From assembly GCA_027049035.1 (NCBI GenBank), contig JALTVI010000093.1, forward strand, positions 52,197 to 116,196: DNA of 64,000 nt. The letters run 5' to 3'. Numbering within the stretch: the stretch's first letter is position 1; every line of letters begins with the position of its first letter. The DNA comes from Sulfurovum sp. (lineage in GTDB: Bacteria > Campylobacterota > Campylobacteria > Campylobacterales > Sulfurovaceae). The notes below the pieces were generated by a model. The model made no database searches. It was not told where the DNA came from and worked only from the letters and a program-made list of their open reading frames with translations. Positions 58,352-64,000 of the stretch are shown here, one piece after another. Position numbers and translations under genes: made by a program.

Positions 58352-60382
58352 TCAGCCCTCGTTTTCCTCATTTTCGTTTGTATCTTCGGCACTTTCTACC
58401 TGAGCATCGGCACGCTTCTGTACGCGTTCGGCTTTTTCCTCTGCACTCTTTGCAACCTGTGCCTTGTGTGCGAGGCGGCTTGGCATGCCGTGCTCTTTTT
58501 CAAAGTTTTCGATGATCTTTCGTACAGTGCTTCCTTCGATCACCTCTGCATCGAGCAGCTCTTTTGCCATACCCTCAATGGCACCCTTGTAGAGCTCAAG
58601 TGTCTCTTTAACATAGGTGTAGCGCTCGTTGAGGGTGCGTTTGATGTACGCATCCATCTCTTCAGCCATCTTTTCGCTGTAGTCGGTACTGACCGCACCG
58701 CCGCCAAGGAAGGAGTTCTGACTGCGTGAGAGGACCATGAGTCCGGCCACTTCAGTCATACCGTAAACAGAGATCATATCTTTCAAAATGGCCGTGGCAC
58801 GGTCGAGGTCGTTGCCCGCACCGGTACTGATTTCGCCAATGAAGACCTCTTCCGCCGCACGTCCGCCAAGCAGTACGTCCACTTCGGCAATGAGTTCGTG
58901 TTTTTGCTTGAGGAAGCGCTCTTCATCTTCAGGGAGGTGAAGTGTATAGCCCAGTGCGCCAAGCCCTCTTGGGATGATGGAGACCTTCGTGACGCGTGTC
59001 GCCCCTTCGGTAAGCTCCGCCATCAGGGCATGGCCGCTTTCGTGGTAGGCGACGATCTTTTTCTCTTTTTCGTTGATCTTGCGGTTTTTCTTCTCAAGAC
59101 CTACAAATGAACGCTCGATCGCTTCAAGCAGATCCGACTGCTCGATCTGCTTTTTGTTCTGGCGTCCGGCAAGCAGGGCCGCTTCGTTGATGATGTTGGC
59201 AAGGTCAGCACCGGCAAGTCCGGCTGTCTGCTTTGCGACCACTTCAAGGTCGACGTCAGGTGCGAGTTTGACATCTTTGGAGTGGACTTTCAAGATGGCA
59301 AGACGCCCTTCGTAGTCGGGTTTGTCCACCAAAACCTGTCGGTCGAAACGGCCTGCACGTAGCAGGGCGGCATCAAGGGTTTCCGGGCGGTTGGTGGCGG
59401 CCAGTACGATGACAGGCGTGTCGGTACCAAAGCCGTCCATCTCCGCAAGAAGCTGGTTGAGTGTCTGTTCGCGCTCGTCGTTTCCGCCCATCTGCCCGCC
59501 TGAGGCTCTGGATTTACCGATGGCGTCGATCTCGTCGATGAAGATGATGGAGGGTGCCTCTTTCTTCGCCTGCGCGAAAAGGTCACGCACACGGCTGGCA
59601 CCTACACCGACGAACATTTCGATGAAGCTCGAACCGCTTACAGAGAAGAACGGCACGCTCGCTTCTCCCGCAACCGCTTTGGCAAGCAGGGTCTTACCGG
59701 TACCCGGAGGGCCCACAAGCAGGACACCCTTTGGAATTTTGGCACCCAATTCGATGTAGCGCTCGGGGAATTTCAGGAAGTCGACAATCTCTTTGACTTC
59801 GTCTTTTGCCTCTTCCACCCCCTGCACATCGTCAAACTTGGTGTCGGGCTTTTCGGAGTTGATGAGCTTGTCGGCTTTACCGGCACCCAGAATACCTCCG
59901 CCCATCCCTTTGGACATCTTTTTGGCCAGGAAGATCCAGATGGCAAAGAAGATGAGAATAGGCAGCAGCATGCTGATGAGTTCGGAGATAAAACTGTTTC
60001 CTACGACACCTTCGTAGGGAATCTTCTTCTTTTCAAGCAGGGGAATCAGCGTTTCATCGTAGGTAGGTACGTTTTGTGCCACATAGCGGATTTTGCGTCC
60101 GCCCTCTTCGCTGATCGCTTCCACACTGGTGGGGGTAAGCTTGACACTCTTTATCGTCCCCTCTTTGATCTTTGCCTTGATATCGGAGTACTTTACCTGT
60201 TTGGTGAGTGATACCTTCTGGGTGTTCATCATCGTACTGAGACTCCCGCCGCCGTCTCCGACGAACGATTTGAAGATCAGAATGATGACGATGGAGAAGA
60301 TGGCAAAGGCCAGCAGGGGGTTGTCGTTGAAAAAGTTGTTATTGTTGTTATTCTGGTTTTGGTTATTCTGGTTGTTCGCCAT
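58352..60382 (-). CDS. ftsH: ATP-dependent zinc metalloprotease FtsH
   Basis: Walker A GPPGTGKT, Walker B IIFIDEID and zinc site HESGH. The N-terminus is unusually N/Q-rich ([16 protein letters not shown]). Confidence 0.95.
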   Translation of the reverse strand: MANNQNNQNQNNNNNNFFNDNPLLAFAIFSIVIILIFKSFVGDGGGSLSTMMNTQKVSLTKQVKYSDIKAKIKEGTIKSVKLTPTSVEAISEEGGRKIRYVAQNVPTYDETLIPLLEKKKIPYEGVVGNSFISELISMLLPILIFFAIWIFLAKKMSKGMGGGILGAGKADKLINSEKPDTKFDDVQGVEEAKDEVKEIVDFLKFPERYIELGAKIPKGVLLVGPPGTGKTLLAKAVAGEASVPFFSVSGSSFIEMFVGVGASRVRDLFAQAKKEAPSIIFIDEIDAIGKSRASGGQMGGNDEREQTLNQLLAEMDGFGTDTPVIVLAATNRPETLDAALLRAGRFDRQVLVDKPDYEGRLAILKVHSKDVKLAPDVDLEVVAKQTAGLAGADLANIINEAALLAGRQNKKQIEQSDLLEAIERSFVGLEKKNRKINEKEKKIVAYHESGHALMAELTEGATRVTKVSIIPRGLGALGYTLHLPEDEERFLKQKHELIAEVDVLLGGRAAEEVFIGEISTGAGNDLDRATAILKDMISVYGMTEVAGLMVLSRSQNSFLGGGAVSTDYSEKMAEEMDAYIKRTLNERYTYVKETLELYKGAIEGMAKELLDAEVIEGSTVRKIIENFEKEHGMPSRLAHKAQVAKSAEEKAERVQKRADAQVESAEDTNENEENEG

Positions 60383-61202
60383 TCGTGTCCTTTGTGTAAA
60401 CTAAAGTAACCCACTCATCCCTGTGGATACGTCTTTGAAGCGACAGGTCGCTGAACGCTTCGGCAACTGCTGCTTCTTTTTTATCTAAAATCCCTGAAAG
60501 TATCAAGGTGCCTCCGGGTTTGACCACGCTTTTGAGATCGTCTGCGATAAAGCGCAACACATCGGCGATGATGTTGGCAATGACCACATCGTAACTTCCT
60601 TCAGCCTTGTCGACAGAGCCCTCCCAGAGTCTGCTGTAGCGCTCTTCGTTGAGTGCGAAGTTCTGTTTGCAGCTCTCTACTGAGATAGGGTCGGTATCGC
60701 AAAGTTCGACCGTTGCACCCAGTTTGGTACATGCCAACCCCAGAATCCCGGACCCGCAGCCGACATCGATGACGCTGTCACCGGGCTTGACGACATCGCT
60801 GATGGCCTGCAGACAGGAAAAGGTCGTGGTGTGGTGGCCCGAGCCAAATGCCAGAGCAGGGTCGATCTTGATATTGATCAGATCCTCTTTGGGTGGATGC
60901 CAGCTTGGGAAGATGTAGAACTTCCCCGCTTCAATGGGCTGGATGGACTCCTGGTAGGTCTTGATCCAGTCGACATTCTCTTTCTCTTCGAGAGTGAAGT
61001 CCATTGCTATGGGTGCTTCAAGTTCGCTCTGCAAGGCTATCAGGGCATCCCTAACCGAGGTTAAATCATCTTCGCTTCGCAAAATCAGTTTGTCTTTGCC
61101 AAATTCGATCCCTTCATCGTGTATATTCATAATGAAGTCGGCGATGAGGTCGACATAGCGCTCATCGAGGGTGATGGTCAGTTCGTAATAGCTATTTTGC
61201 AT
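60363..61202 (-). CDS. prmA: Ribosomal protein L11 methyltransferase PrmA
   Basis: SAM motif [11 protein letters not shown]. The start is placed at the ATG at 61202 ([10 protein letters not shown]). Confidence 0.85.
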   Translation of the reverse strand: MQNSYYELTITLDERYVDLIADFIMNIHDEGIEFGKDKLILRSEDDLTSVRDALIALQSELEAPIAMDFTLEEKENVDWIKTYQESIQPIEAGKFYIFPSWHPPKEDLINIKIDPALAFGSGHHTTTFSCLQAISDVVKPGDSVIDVGCGSGILGLACTKLGATVELCDTDPISVESCKQNFALNEERYSRLWEGSVDKAEGSYDVVIANIIADVLRFIADDLKSVVKPGGTLILSGILDKKEAAVAEAFSDLSLQRRIHRDEWVTLVYTKDTNGEQPE

Positions 61203-61905
61203 GGACAGCCCTGAATGCCTCTTCAAGATCGAGCGTACCCTCATAGAAGGCTTTGCCGACAATGGTGCCGTCAATCCCCGCTTCAAGCAGCGCGTGAATG
61301 TCACTCATGTCTTTGAGTCCGCCGCTGGCGATGGTCTCAAGCCCCGAAGCTTCTTTGATGGCAAGGGTAAAGTCGATGTTGACACCCGTCATCATACCGT
61401 CTCTGCCCACATCGGTACAGATGATCGCCTCCACACCCGCATCGGCGAACTCTTTTGCAAGGTCGGTCGCTTTCATATCGGAGGTCTCTGCCCACCCTTC
61501 TACTGCGACCATACCGTCGATGGCATCGATACCCACGACGATGGGGTATTTTGCTGCCATCGCCTTGACAAATGTAGGATCTTTCACAGCAATGGAGCCG
61601 AGGATCAGCCTGTCGATACCAAGGTCGAGGTACATTCTAATGGTCTCTTCATCACGGATGCCGCCGCCAAGCTCGAGTTTGAGGTTGCAGTTTTCACGGA
61701 TTTTCCTGATCTGCTCGAGGTTTTCCGGTTTGCCTGCAAAGGCACCGTTGAGGTCGACCAGATGCACCCATTCGCTGCCAAGCTCTTCGAAGCGTTTGGC
61801 TACCCGCCACGGTTCGTCACTATAGATCTTTGCCGAATCCATCAATCCTTTGGAGAGTCGGACGGCTTTGCCGTCTTTGAGGTCGATCGCGGGAAGAATT
61901 GTCAT
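61192..61905 (-). CDS. hisA: ProFAR isomerase HisA
   Basis: Begins [15 protein letters not shown] and has a (beta/alpha)8 HisA-like sequence. Confidence 0.9.
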   Translation of the reverse strand: MTILPAIDLKDGKAVRLSKGLMDSAKIYSDEPWRVAKRFEELGSEWVHLVDLNGAFAGKPENLEQIRKIRENCNLKLELGGGIRDEETIRMYLDLGIDRLILGSIAVKDPTFVKAMAAKYPIVVGIDAIDGMVAVEGWAETSDMKATDLAKEFADAGVEAIICTDVGRDGMMTGVNIDFTLAIKEASGLETIASGGLKDMSDIHALLEAGIDGTIVGKAFYEGTLDLEEAFRAVHAK

Positions 61906-61924
61906 TTTTGGGCTCCGTCAAAAA

Positions 61925-62045
61925 TGGATTGAGGATTGAGGATTGATGATGGATGATGTTCGTATGCATCGCTTTGCGATGCTTTTATTGTTGGGTGTGT
62001 TTGCATGTTTATCCTTTGTAGGGTGCGTAATCACGCACCATCCTA
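61925..62045 (+). repeat. Heptamer-array element, copy G (hisA / hisH spacer)
   Basis: (GGATTGA) x3 plus TGATGGA-type units, then hairpin GCATCGC-TTT-GCGATGC followed by TTTTATTG, then hairpin GGTGCGT-AATC-ACGCACC. Confidence 0.75.
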
Positions 62046-62696
62046 TAGTTTTGTGAAATTTTCGATGATTTTCAGGCCGTTTTTGTGGCTCTTTTCGGGG
62101 TGGGGTTGGATGCCGAAGACGTTTTCGTTCTGCACTGCCGAGACGAACTCGTACCCGTAGTAGGTCTTCCCTATGGTGTAGGCATCGTCACATACGGCAT
62201 GGTAGGAGTGGACAAAGTAGAGGTAAAATTCGTTTGGAAGCCCGTCAAAAAGCACCGACCTCCCATCTTCCATCTTCCATCTTTCATCCTCCATCCTTTT
62301 TGTGCTTTGCACGAAAAGCTCGTTCCACCCCATATGCGGTACCTTCAGCGGATGATCGAATCTGCTCTCGTCAAACGCGACGACCTTGCCCGGAATCAGC
62401 CCAAGTCCCTTGTGGTCGCCAAACTCTTCGCTGCTCTCGAAAAGAAGCTGCATCCCCAGACAGATGCCAAGCAGTGGTTTGCCGTTTGCCGCAAAAGCAG
62501 TGACCGCTTCATCCATGCCGTTGCTTTGCAGGTGTTCCATCGCATCCCCGAAAGCACCGACGCCCGGCAGGATGAGCTTGTCGTAACTCTCCAGTTTTTC
62601 AGGGTCACTCTCGAGTTTCGCATCGGCGCCCACTTTCTTGAACGCGTTGATAACGGAGGCGAGATTGCCCATATTGTAGTCGACGATGCCTATCAT
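62043..62696 (-). CDS. hisH: Imidazole glycerol phosphate synthase glutaminase subunit HisH, carrying an in-frame insertion derived from a heptamer array
   Basis: Catalytic Cys in GICLGMQLL and the C-terminal HPEKS motif. An extra segment (STKRMEDERWKMEDGR) follows HMGWN. Confidence 0.9.
   Translation of the reverse strand: MIGIVDYNMGNLASVINAFKKVGADAKLESDPEKLESYDKLILPGVGAFGDAMEHLQSNGMDEAVTAFAANGKPLLGICLGMQLLFESSEEFGDHKGLGLIPGKVVAFDESRFDHPLKVPHMGWNELFVQSTKRMEDERWKMEDGRSVLFDGLPNEFYLYFVHSYHAVCDDAYTIGKTYYGYEFVSAVQNENVFGIQPHPEKSHKNGLKIIENFTKL
62263..62297 (+). repeat. Five tandem heptamers (CCATCTT x3, TCATCCT, CCATCCT) inside the hisH coding sequence
   Basis: Read directly from the sequence. 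On the coding (minus) strand these units encode KRMEDERWKMEDGR. Confidence 0.85.
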
Positions 62697-62813
62697 GCAG
62701 ATTATCCCTTCATCTCAAAATAATCGTGATTATATCAAATTAAATTGAAAGGGGCAGGGCGTGCCCTTTTAGGATATTTCGATAAAATTGTACAAACTTT
62801 CCAAAGGGGTGCT

Positions 62814-63824
62814 ATGCGGGTTGCCATCGTCAAACTTTCGGCTATGGGTGATATTGTCCATGCGATGGTTGCACTGCAGTACCTAAAACGGTACGATCCT
62901 TCCATGACAATAGACTGGGTTGTGGAAGAGGCGTTCGTACCGCTGTTGGAGTACAACCCGCATATCGATGCCATTTTGCCCGTAAACCTCAAGCGTCTGA
63001 AAAAAGAGAGAATGACACTTTTTGATGAAGTGAAAAAGGTACGTACCTACGCGGCAAACAGGTATGATCTTGTTATCGATGCACAGGGGCTCTTCAAATC
63101 AGCACTTGTAACCAGGCTGCTCGGCATAAACCGTACGGGCTTTGACAAGGACTCCATACGGGAAAAGGGTGCGGCTTTGTTGTACAACAGGCACATTGCA
63201 GTACCCTATGAGACCAATGTGGTCGAGCGAAATCTGCAGCTGCTCCTGGGAGCGTTGAATGTGTCTCAAAAGGATATCCCGGAATTGGCGGAACTTGAAG
63301 CGATGGAACCGTTTCTTTTCTTTTCCGAAGAGGACCGTCATATGGCGAAGAGTTTCATGGATACAGCGATGCACAATCTCATTTGGATTGTCGGTTCAAG
63401 CTGGGAGAGCAAGGTATATCCCAAAGAGAGATTTGCTGAGTCAATCGGGGCGCTTAAAGCAAACCATCTTCTTGTCTGGGGAAGCGAAGCGGAGCATGAA
63501 CGAGCGCGCTATATTGCAGAGCAGACAGGGGCGAAGGTCCTGCCGAAACTCTCTCTGAATGAACTTAAAGCTGTCATTGCTTCTGCGGACCTGGTCATTG
63601 GTGGAGACAGCGGTCCGACTCATATGGCATGGGCACTCAAGCGGCCCAGTATTACACTGTTCGGGCCAACACCATCATTCCGAAATACCGTAGAGACAGC
63701 CATAAACCGGGTACTCGACTGCGGCAAAAGGGTCGATCCGCTCCGGCTTGACAAAACAGACAGGTGTATCGGCAATATCGCTCCCGCTGAAGTTGTTACC
63801 CTGGCAAAGGAGTTGTTATCGTGA
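62814..63824 (+). CDS. waaC: Lipopolysaccharide heptosyltransferase I (GT9 family)
   Basis: Begins MRVAIVKLSAMGDIVHA. C-terminal motif GGDSGPTHMA. Confidence 0.8.
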   Translation: MRVAIVKLSAMGDIVHAMVALQYLKRYDPSMTIDWVVEEAFVPLLEYNPHIDAILPVNLKRLKKERMTLFDEVKKVRTYAANRYDLVIDAQGLFKSALVTRLLGINRTGFDKDSIREKGAALLYNRHIAVPYETNVVERNLQLLLGALNVSQKDIPELAELEAMEPFLFFSEEDRHMAKSFMDTAMHNLIWIVGSSWESKVYPKERFAESIGALKANHLLVWGSEAEHERARYIAEQTGAKVLPKLSLNELKAVIASADLVIGGDSGPTHMAWALKRPSITLFGPTPSFRNTVETAINRVLDCGKRVDPLRLDKTDRCIGNIAPAEVVTLAKELLS

Positions 63825-64000
63825 CCGATATGCTTTATGTGGCGGCATTTAACTTTTTCAGGTTCTTTATCAGGATTTTGCCTGACCCTGTTATGGATGC
63901 CATGATCAAGGGGTTGGCTTGGCTAATTTACATCTTTGACAAAAAACACCGCAAAATTGCGGAAGTCAATCTCGATTTGGCATACGGTGATGCTCTAAGC
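63821..64000 (+). CDS. Lipid A biosynthesis acyltransferase (LpxL/HtrB family), 5' part only
   Basis: The GTG start overlaps the waaC stop. The N-terminal hydrophobic anchor is followed by HRKIAEVNLDLAYGD, which resembles the start of LpxL-type proteins. The gene is truncated by the window edge. Confidence 0.55.
   Translation, partial: MTDMLYVAAFNFFRFFIRILPDPVMDAMIKGLAWLIYIFDKKHRKIAEVNLDLAYGDALS

Noticed and set aside
60334-60382. N/Q-rich FtsH N-terminus as another heptamer-array insertion
   Set aside because: The DNA periodicity here is 3, 6 or 9 nt (ATTGTTGTT / ATTCTGGTT units), not 7 nt. It looks like a codon-level repeat unrelated to the heptamer family.
61201-62723. Plus-strand ORFs 61201-61932 and 62085-62723
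   Set aside because: They lie antisense to hisA and hisH, and they have no motifs.

Overview
This looks like a chromosomal segment from a Campylobacterota-type (epsilonproteobacterial) genome. That placement is inferred from gene content and protein sequences (GroEL, InfB, FtsH, LpxC, BamA and others), not from a search. G+C appears mid-range by eye.

Most of the window is dense housekeeping DNA:
- a type I secretion locus (partial acidic substrate, then TolC-like, HlyB-like and HlyD-like genes)
- a complete MoxR/DUF58/BatA-D operon
- tyrA, bamA, ppx/gppA, plsY and nadA/nadC
- lpxC, thrB and ylxR-infB-rbfA-rimP
- ribD, ubiE, xseA and groESL
- serS, leuA, ftsH, prmA, hisA/hisH and waaC

The accessory part is an island of about 12.9 kb (42184-55107). 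It is inserted at the 3' end of a tRNA with a CAU anticodon and is bounded by a perfect 27-bp direct repeat. It carries:
- a tyrosine integrase
- ParA-like, MobC-like and HTH replication-like genes
- iteron-like repeats
- an RHH (MatP-like) protein
- an HTH plus nucleotidyltransferase pair
- a strikingly AT-rich four-gene operon (46016-51031)

That operon encodes a gamma-class N6-adenine methyltransferase with its own target-recognition half, a phosphoribosyltransferase-like protein, a 665-aa P-loop NTPase and a 310-aa protein with no motif I can name. I see no recognisable nuclease. This operon is my best candidate for an undescribed methylation-linked defence system.

The window also holds two repeat families that the genes do not explain:
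- Intercistronic elements are built from tandem 7-nt arrays flanking short hairpins. One such array is embedded in frame inside hisH.
- A structured element of 94-166 nt with terminal inverted repeats is present in three copies.

All calls rest on reading the sequence and on motifs recalled from memory. No database search was run.
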